Assembly: GCF_018350175.1 (NCBI RefSeq)
Contig: NC_058368.1
Coordinates: forward strand, 34,474,001 to 34,538,000
Origin: Felis catus
Lineage: Eukaryota
Length of the DNA: 64,000 nt
Reading direction: 5' to 3'
The notes beneath the pieces are model-generated. The model had not been told where the DNA came from, made no database searches, and was given only the letters and a program-made list of their open reading frames with translations. Every line of letters starts with the position of its first letter. The stretch's first letter is position 1. Made by a program: the position numbers and the translations under genes. Positions 12,978 to 26,480 of this stretch are shown here, one piece after another.

Positions 12978-14263
12978 CTTACATATTTACAAAACAAATC
13001 TCTGATAAGGAGTTTATACCCCAAACATATAAGGGACTCATACAATTCAATAGCAAACAAACAAAACATAAACAAACAAACACACAAACAAAAACCAACT
13101 AAAAAAAAAAAAAAAAAAGGAGATGAAGGACCTGAATAGATACTTTTCCAAAGATGAGAGATATACGAGAAGGTACAGAGAACATCACTAATCATCAGAA
13201 AAATGCAAACCAAAACCACAATGAGATATCACCACACCCCTGTCAGAATGGCTGTCATTTAAAAAGACAAGAGGGGCGCCTGGGTGGCTCTGTCAGTTAA
13301 GCGTCCAACTTCCGCTCAGGTCATTATCTCACCTTTTCTAAGTTCCAGCCTCCTGTCGGGCTCTGTGTTGACAGCTCAGAGCTCCGAGCCTGCTTCAGAT
13401 TCAGTGTCTCCCTCTCTCTCTGCCCTTTGCCCACTTGTTCTCTATTTCTCTCTCTCTCTCAAAAATAAATAAATATTAAAAAAAAAAGACAAGAGATAAC
13501 AAGTGCTGGAGAGGGTATAGAGAAAAGGGAACACTTGTACTTTGTTGGTGGGAATGTAAATTGATACAGTGATAATACAAAACAATATGGACTTTGCTCA
13601 AAAAGTGAACATATATGTACCATATGATCCAACAATCCCACTTCTGGATACACTATCCACAGGAAATGAAATCAGTATCTTGAAGAGGTAGCTGCACTCC
13701 TGTGTGAATCGCAGCATTACTCACAAAACCAAGATATGGAAATACAGAATATTATTCAGCCAGGAAAAAGGAAATCCTGCCATTCGTGACAACATGGAAG
13801 AGCCTAGAGGACGTAATGTTTTGTGAAGTAAACCAGACACAGAAAGGCAATACTGCATGGTCTCACTTATATGTGGAATCAGAAAGTTGAACTCATCAAA
13901 GCAGAAATAGTATTTGCCAGGGGTTGGGGGTGGGGGAAATGGGGACATGTTGGTCAAAGGATACAAACTTTCAGTTATGAGATGAATATATTCTGGAGAT
14001 CTACTGTACAGCGTGATGATTGTGGTTAATTATACTGTATCGTATACTTGAAATTTGCTAAGGGAGTAGATCTTAAGTGTTATCACCATACAAACACACA
14101 AATAGTCAACTATGTGAGGTGATGGATATGTTAATTTGCTTGGTTATGGTAATCATTTCACAGTGTATACATATATCAAATCAGAATAATGTACATCTTA
14201 AATATATACAATTTTTATTTGTCAATTATACCTCAATAAAGCTGGAAAAAATTCAAAAAAAAT
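12978..14263 (+). mobile_element. 5'-truncated L1 LINE (end of ORF2 plus 3' UTR, L1MA-like), interrupted by a SINE
   Basis: Typical L1 3' motifs: tctgataaggagtttataccccaaacatataagg, aaatgcaaaccaaaaccacaatgagatatcac, catatgatccaacaatcccacttctgg, terminal cctcaataaagctggaaaaaa with A tail. Confidence 0.92.
13273..13482 (+). mobile_element. Can-SINE inserted into L1
   Basis: Head ggggcgcctgggtggctc; TSD aaaaagacaaga on both sides; L1 sequence resumes in register. Confidence 0.96.
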
Positions 14264-14726
14264 GAAAGCAGAGATTTTGAATGGCAAGGTCAATAGTTAT
14301 AAGCTCTCTAACAAGTGTCTGCTCCTTACCATTATACTGTCACCGACACCACAAAAGTGTTATTAATTAAAACATAATAACATTTTTGATAACCAGTAAA
14401 TGTCAATGTTACTTCCATTTCACCTCATAATTGAGTCTTACACATGGTTTGTAAGAGTTTTATTAAATCCCTTCTATCAACCCCCTAAAAACTTATCCCA
14501 AAGTTACTAGCATTAATCAAATAATTTAATCTTAAAATTAAAATGCTATACATTCATACTTTAAAGCCATTGAAATATGGGAGTAATAATTACCTTCTGT
14601 TCTAGAAAAGTTTCGCAGAATGCCTAAATGTATGTTTACAGATACGAAATATGGGCTGATTTTATATTGCAATCCTCTTCTATAAACTATATATTACATA
14701 TCGCTATTTTATACATAACATCTCTG

Positions 14727-14835
14727 TATGGTGAACAACTTGTTCCAATTTGCCTCTGTCTTTCCCGGTTTGGGCTCTGAGTCTCTCATTCTGGAAAAGT
14801 CCTAAGTCCCGGGCAAACCAGGTTGCTCAGCTGCC
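14727..14835. mobile_element. MER81-like non-autonomous hAT DNA transposon
   Basis: ggtgaacaacttgttccaatttgcc...agtcccgggcaaaccagg: degenerate inverted termini, about 110 bp, resembles recalled MER81 consensus. Confidence 0.55.
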
Positions 14836-16811
14836 TTTTGTCTTTATTATATATTCTGAACATTCAGAAACCTAGAGGCTAGAAGAGAAGCAAGGAAATT
14901 CCATGTAGAGATTCAAAATCACACAATATTTTAAGGCTGAAAACACATATTGCTCAAGAGACATATCTTCACCGTGACTTTGTTTTCCTTCATTCCTGTC
15001 ATAGTAATGAGGCTTATCAATACCTAGAGTTACATAGTGGTTACACTTAAGGTCTCTTAGCAAAAGTAGGCATCTGATTAGGAAAATAAAACATATTTCC
15101 TCTGGGAAAGGAGTTTTTTCAGGGTGGAAATGTGCAAAGTCACTGCACAGGGTGGGGAAAGAAAGGAGGACATGCTGGCACAGTGTGAAGAGGAACGTGG
15201 AAGGGAAACTCTGAGGAGGGAATTATGTAGGTACAATAGAATAGTAGTGTTCTTTGCTGATGGCAGCCTTGAATGCTCAGTTGAGGGTTCAGATTTTCTC
15301 AGATGTAAGAAAGAAGGCAGGTTTATAAGGTGATGAAAATGGACTTTTCCAAAGAGCAAATTACCCTAGTGTGTATGGATTTCCCAAAGAGAGGAGAATC
15401 ATAGAGAAAACTCTTATACAGAAATTTGGCTTCTATAGTCCTGGCTTGCTTTGAAACAAAGAGAGAAGGAATCACTTGTCCTTGGAGCTTGAAAAAGTTT
15501 GTCAGAAGAGGAGAAACTTCTCACCTCTATGTCTTCCCCGTGATAGGTATTTTTCTTATGTTGACACCTCCTGAGCAAGGGGCTATGAATGCCTAATTAG
15601 GAAATACATTGCACAATACAGTGTTTCATAAATAATTACAGGGAGAATAGTGCTAACTATATACTGTGTTTTAAAGAAAACTCTGAACCTGGTTAAGTGT
15701 GTTCCTGAGCTCTTGGTCTCACCTCATGTTTATATACTTCCATTCTCTTGTAACTCTTCATTCTTTAGTCTGAACAATGACTATTCTCAGTTTTAAACAT
15801 TCATGCAAAGAGCTGGACTGAGTAATACTTCAAAGCACATGAAACAGCCAAGTGAAAGTAAAAAGAGGCACATAAGATGGATAATGCTCAGAGTTCAGAG
15901 CTTTCAGTTCTCTTTCTTACAGCTTCATGGTGCATCCATTCAGAAGGAGCTCTGGTTCAACACTGCAGATAAAATATCATTAGGACAAACATTTTCCTCA
16001 TTGAGTTCCAAGACTTTTGTCACTGGTTAAATAAGCACGGAGAGTCTTATTTTTAGCCATGCACTTTTCTGGATTCTGAGGACTGGGTCTATCTTATCTC
16101 ACCCTTAGCTCAGTATTACCAGATCTCATTACAATAAGGCAACAGAATATATGGTTCTGCACATTTGTTTGTTTTTTCCTAGACCATTTCACACATTATT
16201 TTTTTTTCCTTTTCTTTCTTGTTGGAATTTAATGGTATATTTTGTGCACTATTCCATGACTTTGCATTTCTTCTTGCCACATTTTCCTTCTTTAGGCATA
16301 ATTTTTTATTATTCTACAGGCTGCATCATTTAATTTGTGAGTAATTTTTGCAAAAAAAAGTTTAAGATGTCAAAAATTAAAAAAAAGGAAAAGAAAAAGA
16401 AAGAAAATCCAGACAACTAACATTGTGTTTGGATGGAAAGCCTAGTGTTGTGTCTCAGTCTTTTCACAGTAGTTAACAGGTGTGAATTGCTTCCTCACTA
16501 GCATAAATTTCCTGCTGTGCAGCCCTTTGTTCACTTCATGCTGCTTTCCTGCTCTATTATGACTGCAAAAATACCTGATTCTGCCTTAATGTAATTTTAA
16601 ATGCTTTACTGCTTTGAATAATGTTTATCTGGAAGACCCTTCCTGAAATGAAATTGAATACAGTAAAGGAAGCAAGTACCACATACATGTACAAGAAAGA
16701 CTGCAGGCTATTGCATGTACATGCAAACATGCATAAATCATACATAAATTTATGCACACATATATTTAAATGTGTGTTCATGCAATAGAGCTTTAGTTGT
16801 ATAGAATCAGA

Positions 16812-16864
16812 TCTATCATCTATCAATCTATCTATCTACTTATCTATCATCTATTATCTATATT

Positions 16865-16911
<47 letters not shown>
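16812..16911. repeat. Compound microsatellite: degenerate (TATC)n followed by (TG)n
   Basis: tctatcatctatcaatctatctatc... then an uninterrupted TG run at about 16867-16910. Confidence 0.95.
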
Positions 16912-16914
<3 letters not shown>

Positions 16915-17306
16915 CATTTATTGGTAAGGAAGAAGTTTGCTTCAATACTGCAGGTGTAATATACTTGTCACTATTCTCTCTGAGAATTTTAGAGATTCAT
17001 CTTTGAGATTGGAATCTAATCTGGAAGGAAATTATTTCTGGAAATTTGTAGATGCCTAGTGCCAGGAGCAGAGATCTGTATTGATAAATATAACCTATTA
17101 TAAGGCTGTTAAGAAATCCGTATCAGGAGAACTACCATTGCTGCACGATTTATTCAGAGTATACTCATGATCTGGTGAGTTTTCTGGGTCACTTTCTGGT
17201 TCCTTTTTAGACTATGGAATTTAACTGGGATGCCCTGTTCAGGAAAGGTCTGTGCTTAAAAAAGCTACCACCCCATCACCAGAGTAAACCTACCAGAGAG
17301 TGCTGC

Positions 17307-17750
17307 TGTTAAAGAAAAAATTCTGACACATGTTAAAATGGTAAGGAAGACTTTATTCAGGACTACTGTGATAGGTGTCAAGTCTATCACAACAAGACAG
17401 AAATTGAGCTCAACTTTGAATACAAAAAAGGAAAAATGAGGATTTATAAATGGATAGAAAATTACTAAGGGGAGACATGAAGGGTAGGGAGATTCTTGCT
17501 AAACTGACCGAACGGGATTCTTGCTGAAGGCAGGCTAGAGTGACCCGGTATCAACAGGACAATAGGGAGGGGAAAAGAGGGGAGGAATTTGACCAGGTAA
17601 CTATGGGGGTGAGAGTGTTCTCCCTAAACTGATTTGGTTGGATTCTTTCTAAATCCAGGCTGCAAGGTCAGACACCAACATCCAAGGATGAAGCGTAGTT
17701 GAGACAAGGGCTCAGGGCAGCCTCACTGAAGGAGAGAGTCTTTGTCTTCA
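17307..17750 (-). mobile_element. ERV solo LTR (probably ERV1/MER class)
   Basis: About 440 bp from tgttaaagaaaaaa to gagagagtctttgtcttca; AATAAA on the minus strand (ctttattc, about 17351-17358); resembles recalled ERV LTR termini. Confidence 0.65.
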
Positions 17751-19119
17751 CCTCGTGGTGGAGGGGAAAAGATGATTCCATCATGCACTACAGGGATTAC
17801 AGAAGTGGCATGCATACAAACGATGGTGTGTGTTGAGCACTGGTGGCAGAGGAGGCTTCGGCAGCCATCCTACCCAGGGCTTCAGTGACAGTGCTAGACA
17901 TAGCTACAGAGACAGCTCCTGTGAAGTTTGGAGGAGGGCTTGGCAGGGTGGCATCAGTGTGGCAGTGCAGCCCAGGCAGAGCAAGAAGCAAGAGAAAGCC
18001 TAGAGTAATCAACAGGAGTCGGTAGCATCAGTGACCAGAAGTGCTGGGAGAAAGTGGATTGGCCATATGCTGGGACACACACACACACACATTTCAGGTA
18101 GAAAAGGAACCTTGAATATGAATCCGAGATACTGTCCTTCCACAGGTGGGGGTTTATGGAAAGTGACATCTTATTAAATTGACCTCATTTGTACCCACAG
18201 GCTGGTGAAGCTTGGAGACTTTCAGCAATTGAAATAATAATTTAAAATAAATATAAGCCATAAATGCACACATAATAAAAAATGTGAGTAAAATAAAAAT
18301 AAGCTCCTCTTTTAGGTACCTTACCAATGTCTACTGTCAGAATCTGGGCTGGGAATGATAAAGGTGATGAAGATGTCAAAGACAATAGCAAATGCAAGGG
18401 AGAAAATTAAAGATTACACTGAAGGCAAACACAAATAATTGGAATGCAGGGTGTTTCCTCTTCAAATAAGTCTTACAGCGTTTCTACCTGCAGTTCACAG
18501 TCCAATAGATCATCGGAGGATATTACAATAGATACAACTTTGCATTCATTTACTCTTCTCTTGATGAGGTTTTCTTTGGGTAACCAGAAGAAGGCACGGT
18601 CCCACCAAGCTACTGGAAATCCCTGAGTCAATATCTGAGTGCACTTTGAAGGAGGAATGGCTGAGAATGGATTTCAAATATTGGCAGAAGGAATTCCACT
18701 CTTAGAATGGAAGTAAAGTTGTGGCTAAACAAGAGCATGAGAGAATGGAGCACATGACACAATCGTGACCCCAGTGAAGCCGCCTCCACCAGGGAATCAG
18801 ACAGGCTGGTAGTGGGACTTCCAGCGAGAGTCCTCTGCTCTGGGTCCTGCTGCCTCACCTGCTACCACTAAACTGGACACTGAAAGTTGTTGCTCAGATG
18901 CTCTCTGCTCAGCTTGTTCTGACATGCATCCAACAATCAATGTGCGAGTTTTTATTGAGTGCTTTTTCCGGGCCCGGGATTAACTCCATCCCAGAGGAAC
19001 ACACAGGAAGTGGAAGGCTCCATTTCTGCATCTGGGAACATTTGGTCAAGTTATAGGCAGATGATTAATATACATGATTAGGAAGCAAAACTATCAAAGA
19101 TGATTAACAGAACAGCACT

Positions 19120-19312
19120 AACACATTGAATATAGAACTTACCAGTTCATGTTATAAAATGACTCAGGTTATAAAATTACTTGCAGCTTTGGTTCTTCTG
19201 TCACTGTGTGAGTTGGGCAATTCTTATTGTATCTTGATGCTCAGTGACCTCAGCAGTTAAATAAGGGGATTTGATTGTTCCCTGAGATGCCTTCCTTTCA
19301 AAGTTTACAGTT
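19120..19312 (+). mobile_element. MIR/MIR3 remnant
   Basis: cactgtgtgagttgggcaattc...ctcagtgacctcagcagttaaataaggggatttgattg...ctgagatgccttcc. Confidence 0.55.
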
Positions 19313-20659
19313 TATGAAATCCTTTCCAGTGCACCGCAAGAAAGTAGCTGTTTTATTTAATTATACTGAATTTTCAGTTTTGCTTAGGTTACGAACCACA
19401 TATAAAGATAAATACTGGGGAAAATACAACCTTAAAACAAGTTGGAGATCTTAAAATCTAAATTTCACAACTCAACTGGCATACAACAAGCGAGAAGAAT
19501 TTCTTCAGTAGAGGGATTTGTTGAACTTTGATCAAATGTTTTCGAATCATATAACCATATGCAAGTATGAATTTCCCATCATATATCTACCGATACACAC
19601 ACATAAACAACATATATACAGATATTTAAATGTAGGTACATATATGCATATATATCCAGATATACATACGTATATACATTTGTTTATATAATGCAGTCAG
19701 CTGTTATGCAAACACACTGAAAACTTCTTGTGATTTTCACATCAACTCACTGACATTTATTTCTTATATTATTAATTCTTATTTTCATTTCTTTCCATTC
19801 TTATTCAGGGCATTAGATAAGACCACATTGTTGAATATTAACATAGCATAACTGTGAAGAAGCTGCCAATATGGCATTTTTAAGGAAGTTAAACAATATC
19901 CTTGAACAAATATTTGAACAAGTTTGTCATCTGTTCACACTTAAGTAAATAATTTATGAGATTTAGTATGGTCTGCATGCAGATGCGAATGCCATGGACA
20001 TATTTTAAAACATGATATTTTTATGTTCATAAAGTCTAGAAGGCTTGACTTCAGTAAGTGGGATGTGTCCTTTCGTGGACAAGAAAAGTGGCGTTGGCAG
20101 CATGGAGAACTTGCAGACACTAGTCAATGCAACTTGAGAATTGGATTTTGCTAGTCTTAAGATCCTCTTTGGAATGAAGCGTTTCCTCCACTTACCATTT
20201 GAAATCCTGTTTTATATTTTGCATTCCTTAAAATCACGGTGTATAAATATATTCAGAAGTTACAAATCACAGTAGGTAACTATTTACCCTAAACTTTCAG
20301 TAAACTTTATTCTCAAATCATTCATAGTTACAGTCTGCATTTTAACCATTTAATTGCAGCAGAGGGAACATACCTGTTTCTTTTTCACCTAACTCATAAA
20401 TGTCTTCATAAATTTGGTGGTTGTGTATGTAGATAAAGAAATGGTTCTCATTAACCAGGCTGTGAATGGAGCTTCAGTCAAAAACTGGAGCTTCTTAAAT
20501 GATTCTGAAGGACACTATAAAAAGTATACACATTAAAGAGTGACCTCATTACACATATAATGTGTTCAATTATTCTAACTCTTATGTTTCTCTCTAACAA
20601 ATTGGACTGATGCAGCCAACCAGAATTTTAAAGCTATAACTTTAGTTATTAGTTGCTGC

Positions 20660-21140
20660 AAGAGTTGGATGTTGTAATCATAGTGCTTAGGCTTTCATTC
20701 CTGTCGTCACCACTTATTTGATCTATAACCTTGAATAAGTTACTTAATCTTTTTCTGCCTCAATTATCTCACCTGTGGTATGGGAATATTAATAGCACCC
20801 AGCCGGTAAGGCTTGTGTAAGGATGAAATTGTTTAGTGTGTTTATTTCTTTTTAAATTTTTTTAATCTTTATTTATTTTTGAGAGAGAAAGAGAGACAGA
20901 GTGGAGACAGAGCGGGAGAGGAACAGAGGGAGAAGGAGACACAGAATCAGAAGCAGGCTCCAGGCTCTGAGCTGTCAGCACAGAGCCCAACCGGGCACTC
21001 TAACCCACAAACTGCGAGATCATGACCTGAGCGGAAGTCAGAGGCTTAACCGACTGAGCTAGCCAGGCACCCCTGTTTAGTATGTTTAAAATGCTAAGTG
21101 CTTGATGTATATTTGAAATAATAATTATTTTTACTATTAT
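20660..21140 (+). mobile_element. MIR SINE interrupted by a Can-SINE
   Basis: accttgaataagttacttaatctttttctgcctcaattatctcacctgtggtatgggaatattaatagcacc is the MIR core; continues after the SINE. Confidence 0.8.
20845..21073 (-). mobile_element. Can-SINE
   Basis: Complete body; TSD tgtttagt(g/a)tgttta at 20830-20844 and 21074-21088. Confidence 0.95.
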
Positions 21141-21299
21141 TAGCAATCACTATGGATATTATTCTCTACAATTTAGTATCAGAAGTGATCACAGATGCTA
21201 AAAGTAGAAAATTTATGCACATATTAACATTGAGAACTTCTAATGATAGGACAACAAAAACATGGGGAATACTCTCTTTAAAACTTGTTTGCAATGGAA

Positions 21300-21625
21300 T
21301 AGCTAAAGATTTACACCTGCTTTCATGAATGATTACAAAGCTTCACTAATCAAAACAGTGTGGTACTGGCATAAGGACAGACATAAACCAACTCCAGGGA
21401 AAAAGAATTCAGGTAAAACCTTGAATTGATATTCACAAAAGAAGATGTACAAATGGCTAATATGCACATGAAGACAATCAATATCTTTAGTCATCAAGAT
21501 TTGACAATAAAAATGAGATAATATTTCGCACCCATTATAATGGCTAAAGAAATGAAGACTGACAACACCAAGTCTTGGGGAGGGTGTGAAGCAATGGGGG
21601 TACTGCAATATGGAACAACCACAAT
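21300..21625 (+). mobile_element. Old L1 ORF2 fragments
   Basis: taatcaaaacagtgtggtactggcataaggacagacata and ttcacaaaagaagatgtacaaatggctaatatgcacatgaa are L1 ORF2 3' motifs, joined across a deletion. Confidence 0.8.
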
Positions 21626-22569
21626 AAATTTATTCTTAAACATTTAACTTTTCCTTTGCATTCTGGAGTTGATTATGGATAAAAAGTAACAATTCACATT
21701 AGCTTCCCAACTTAGCAAAAGGAAGAATCGATGGTGTTTCTTTGGAAGTTCTTCTCAAAACACTGTTGCCATAGCTCTATCCCGGGTCTGAGACAAGGTG
21801 AATATTTCCTAGATTGAAGGGATGGTCATGTGGAAAGTAGAAAGTGAACCAGCCACGACAGGCATGGAAAATCAATCCATAACCCTTGTAAAATAGTTTT
21901 TCACTACTAACAAGAATATTGATATAATGAGTGAAGAAATATTAAATGGTAAAGAAAAAAGTCATAAAAATCTTGAATTTGAATAAGTAGTCAATAGTAA
22001 TTAAAACAGATTTGTAGATGGTATAATATTCATCCATACTTTAGGTGGAGAAACACTCAAAATAAATTTCCACAAATGACCTCTATTTTAACATGTTATA
22101 TACACATAGAGCACTCAATCTAATTTTAAACAGAGAAACAATGCCTCTCTTAATTTTAATGATCCAAAATTGAAGCACTCCATCACAAAGGTAAGGCATG
22201 CTAAATTTGATCAAGTAGTGTGGATGTATGTATCCTTGACAAAAATGAACAGAATACTTCAGTAAACTGAAATGATATATTGTACTCTACTCACACACAT
22301 GCACACATATATCCACTAACCATGACTTCCCAGACAGCACCTGAGAAATCTCTTTATATACAGTGGGTAACCGAGATCTTGAAGTTAAAGAGGTGGTTCA
22401 TTGCATTACTATTTGTATTATTTATAGTATTTTCACTACTCTCTCGGTGATGTTATGTGTTATTCCTCCTTTACCAGCCTGTAGGAAACATTTGATAGGA
22501 GACCATGTGCTAATCTTGGGGTGAAAATAATATTTAAAAATTAATAAGCCCACAGCATTCAAGAAAGAG

Positions 22570-24066
22570 GGGTATCAGTGAAACAATAGACAGATTAATG
22601 GTCCAGAAAAGAGAGCAGAAATAGAACCATACTTAAATATAGTCACTTGATCTTTGACAAAGGGACAAAGGCAAGACAATTGAGAAAAGACAGTCTTTTC
22701 AACAAATGGTGCTGGAACAACTGAACATGGACATGCAAAAAAATGAATCTGGACACAGACTTTATACTTTTCACGAAAATTAAGTTAAAGTCGATCGTTA
22801 ATCGCACATGTAGCTGTAAAATGCTAAACTATAAATCTCCTAGAAGATAACAGAGGAAAAAACCTGTACGGCCTCAGGTATGGTTGTGGCATAGCTTCAA
22901 CACCAAAGGCAAGATCCATTAAAGAAAAAAATTGATCACCTGGACTTCACTAAAATTAGAAACTTCTGCACTGCAAAAGTCAACGTTAAGATAATGAAAA
23001 GGCAAGCCACAGACTGAGAGAAAATATTTGTGAAAGACACGTTTCATACAGTGTTGTTATCCAAAATAGACAAAACAGTTAAAACTCAACAATCGGAAAA
23101 CAATGGGATTTAAAAATGAGCCAAAGTGCTTAACAGACACCTCATACATCTATCAGAATGGCTGATACTTGGAACACTCTCATCCACAAATGTTGGAGAA
23201 GATATGGAGCCACAGGAACTCTCATACATTGCTGGTACGAATGCAAAATGATACAGGAACTTCGGACGACAGTTCAGAAGACAATTCTTATAAAACTAAA
23301 CATACGCTTACCATATGATTCAGTAATCTCGCACCTTGGTGTCTACCCAAAAGAGTTGAAACTTATGTTCACTCAAAAAATCTGCATTTGGATATTTATA
23401 GTAGCATTATTCATAATTGCCACAACTTGGAAGCATCCACGAAGTCCTTCAGTAGGTGAATGGGTTAAAAGCACGCAAACAAATGAAGGAACAATGTAAG
23501 TATGTTACCATTCAGACAATGGAATACTATTCAGTACTAAAAAGAAAGGAGCTATCCAGCCAGGTAAAGACATGGTAGAAACTTAAATGCATATTACCAA
23601 GTAAAATTAGCTAATCTGAAAAGGTTACATATTGTATGATTCCAACTATATGACATTCCCTGAAAGGTAAAACCATGGAGACAGAAAGAAGATCAGTGGT
23701 TGCCAAGAACTGAGGTCAGAGGGAGGAATCAGTAGGCCAAGCACAGAGGATTTTTGGGGTAGTGAAAATACCCCGTATGATATGATAATGGTGGATGTAT
23801 ATCATTATACATTTGTCCAAACTCATAAAATCAATGTGTAACACCAAGAGCGAACCCTAATATGAACTATGGACTTTGGGTGATCATGATGTGTCAATGT
23901 AAGGTCATCAATTCTAAAAAATGTAGTACTCTGGTAGACGTTGATAGCAGGGAGACTAAGCATGCGTGGACTCAGAGAGTATACAGGAAATCTCTGAATC
24001 TTCACAATTTTTCTCTGAATCCAAAACGGTGCTAAAAATAGTATTTAAAATAAAAAATAAAAAATT
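22570..24066 (+). mobile_element. 5'-truncated L1 LINE (ORF2 end plus 3' UTR, L1MB/L1MC-like)
   Basis: tgatctttgacaaagggacaaag...cagtcttttcaacaaatggtgctggaacaactg; 3' UTR caccaagagcgaaccctaatatgaactatggactttgggtg; A-rich end. ORF 23158..23499 is a degenerate L1 translation. Confidence 0.92.
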
Positions 24067-24169
24067 AATTATGAGTGCTTAGAAAATATATTATGACATT
24101 ATAATTTTTCATCAGTGACATTTAAATTATTGTATATTTTATTAGTGATGCAAAAAATATCATGGAAAA

Positions 24170-24390
24170 GGGGTGCCTGGGTGGCTCAGTTGGTTAAGCA
24201 TCCGACTTCAGCTCAGGTCATGATATCACAGTTTATGGGTTCAAGCCCCACATGGGACTCTGTGCTGACACCTCAGAGCCTGGAACCTGTTTTGGTTTCT
24301 GTGTCTCCCTCTCTCTCTGCCCCCTCCCCTGCTCACACTCTGTGTCTCTGTCTCTCAAAAATAAAGAAACTTTAAACACTTTTTTTTAAA
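24170..24390 (+). mobile_element. Can-SINE
   Basis: Head ggggtgcctgggtggctcag; TSD core atcatggaaaa on both sides. Confidence 0.95.
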
Positions 24391-24414
24391 AAATCATGGA
24401 AAATAGGTATTTTA

Positions 24415-24640
24415 TTTATTTTTTTTTTCTTTTTCAACGTTTTTATTTTATTTTTGGGACAGAGAGAGACAGAGCATGAACGGGGGAGGGGCAGAGAGAG
24501 AGGGAGACACAGAATCGGAAACAGGCTCCAGGCTCTGAGCCATCAGCCCAGAGCCTGATGAAGGGCTCGAACTCACAGACCACGAGATCGTGACCTGGCT
24601 GAAGTCGGACGCTTAACCGACTGCACCACCCAGGCGCCCC
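24415..24640 (-). mobile_element. Young felid Can-SINE (SINEC_Fc)
   Basis: Diagnostic gagccatcagcccagagc and acctggctgaag; TSD ggaaaataggtatttta at 24398-24414 and 24641-24657. Confidence 0.97.
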
Positions 24641-25021
24641 GGAAAATAGGTATTTTAATGTCTCTCGGTGTGTTTTCTATAAGATCTTTCAGAGGCTAGT
24701 AATCTAAACAGTCCTTACACTGCATGCCGGTTCAGCTGGAAATGTTAATCGTATTTCTATTCCTCAGGAGTGGCGAACACAAAGGCCACAAAATTTCAGC
24801 TATACAGATGATTTATTAAGTGCTGAATATTCTCCTTTTCATTACTATGCATTTACTTGGGAAAACAATCTTTGTAGAGGAAGAGGAACCATATGACAAC
24901 TAGTAATTTGCAAACAAACAAACAAAAAGGATCTGCTTCACTGATCCACGGCATTAGCGGAGACTTGGGGGCTCATAACAAGCATATTAGCTGAACAATA
25001 CAGACCTCCATCTCCAGGTCA

Positions 25022-25155
25022 TGCACACACAAGTCCACACTCATTCTCTCACACATACTCCTCTCACAACCCATATGCATGCATCACAGAAGCACGTGCA
25101 ACATGCACATGCACAACACACACACACACATGCACATGCACATGCACATGATGCA
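25022..25155. repeat. (CA)/(CACATG)n low-complexity repeat
   Basis: acatgcacatgcacaacacacacacacacatgcacatgcacatgcacatg. Confidence 0.8.
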
Positions 25156-25227
25156 CTAGGCTAATCCACACATTCATGACAAGTAGCAAGTACTCAAGAG
25201 TTATTACCCAAAGAAATGAACTGATTA

Positions 25228-25448
25228 GGGGTGTCTGGATGGCTCAGTCGGTTGAGCGTCTGACTTTGGCTCAGGTCATGATCTCACGGTTTGTGAGTTC
25301 GAGCCCCACATGGGGCTCTGTCCTGACAGCTTGGAGCCTGGAGCCTGCTTCGGATTCTGTGTCTCCCCTTCTCTCTCTGCCCCTCCCCTGCTTGTGCTCT
25401 ATCTCTCTCTGTCTCTCAAAAATAAATAAATGTAAAAAAAATGTTGTA
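25228..25448 (+). mobile_element. Can-SINE
   Basis: Head ggggtgtctggatggctcag; TSD agaaatgaactgatta. Confidence 0.95.
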
Positions 25449-25899
25449 AAAGAGAAATGAACTGATTAAAGGCAAAAATGAAGAAGCAAAGAAAGCTACA
25501 GAAAGTTGTAACTATTGCAACCTTTGCCCTGCCCCCTACAAAATTACTGCCTTTTTAGACTGAAATATATTGTGAGATGAATAACTGGCAGTTCCTTTTC
25601 TCAAGAAAATAAATACATATTTAATCATGTCCCTTATTGTATCTCCAGGTTCATCATAGTATGTGGGACACAGTCAATTCAAGAGATTCTTGTTACATGA
25701 ATAAATTAATGAATAAGTATGCTGATTGGATGAAATAATGAAAAAATATGGAGCATTTTGTGGACCTGAGAAGTGTTGCATAAATGTATTTCCCAGTAGT
25801 AGGGTATCTTTGCACATACAGTTTTGTGTCAAATCCTCCTAATAGTTGGTTTTCCTCCAATTAATTAAAAATGTCTGGATTATTTTTCTTCTTTTATAA

Positions 25900-26480
25900 T
25901 ATCTTTCAAATTTGCTACTTATGTCCTCTGCCTCTACCCCAGTTATTATTATTTCATACCTTGAAAAGATTGTTTAGAAGTTTTCCCACCTCCAGCTTCT
26001 CTCAATTCTAGGCCCATTAACCTGCATAAAGATGCCGGCTAGTCTTTCTAAGGCAAGGCTTTGGGCAATTTACTTCTCTGCTTGAACATTGTCAATTTCT
26101 CAACCCCTGTATCAATAGAATTATTTTCAGACTCCTTATCTTTGTATTCAGATTTCCTCAAGATAAGGTTTCACACTTTCTTTCCAACTCATGTACTTCT
26201 GTATCTCTCTTGATTCTATGAATCAAGTTGACTTAATAGCCCTAAAACACACTTTGCCTTTTTCCATGTTGATGTTCCTGCTCACGCTGATCCATTTTTA
26301 AAAATGCCATCCTGTGTGCTCCATCCTTGCCCCACATCTAATCAGGACTCAGCACAGATGTATCTGAAATGAACACTTCTCTTGATGGCACCAGGAAATA
26401 TTCTTTCCTTCTTCTGAGTAACATAGCACTAATTATCTCTACCACATTTCCTGTGTGATTCCTATATGCCTAAAATTTAT
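25900..26480 (+). mobile_element. L2 LINE remnant
   Basis: Pyrimidine-rich L2-like motifs (agtctttctaaggcaagg...ttacttctctgcttgaaca, cagactccttatctttgtattca); highly diverged. Confidence 0.5.

Noticed and set aside
15060..15760. Purine-rich block possibly an ancient LTR
   Set aside because: I could not define termini or a family with enough support to list it.
19770..19950. Strong plus-strand acceptor followed by a short ORF (MAFLRKLNNILEQIFEQVCHLFTLK)
   Set aside because: Only 25 codons, weak donor, no recognisable homology.
23158..23499. 113-aa ORF
   Set aside because: Degenerate translation of the L1 ORF2 end/3' UTR; the element is truncated and disrupted.
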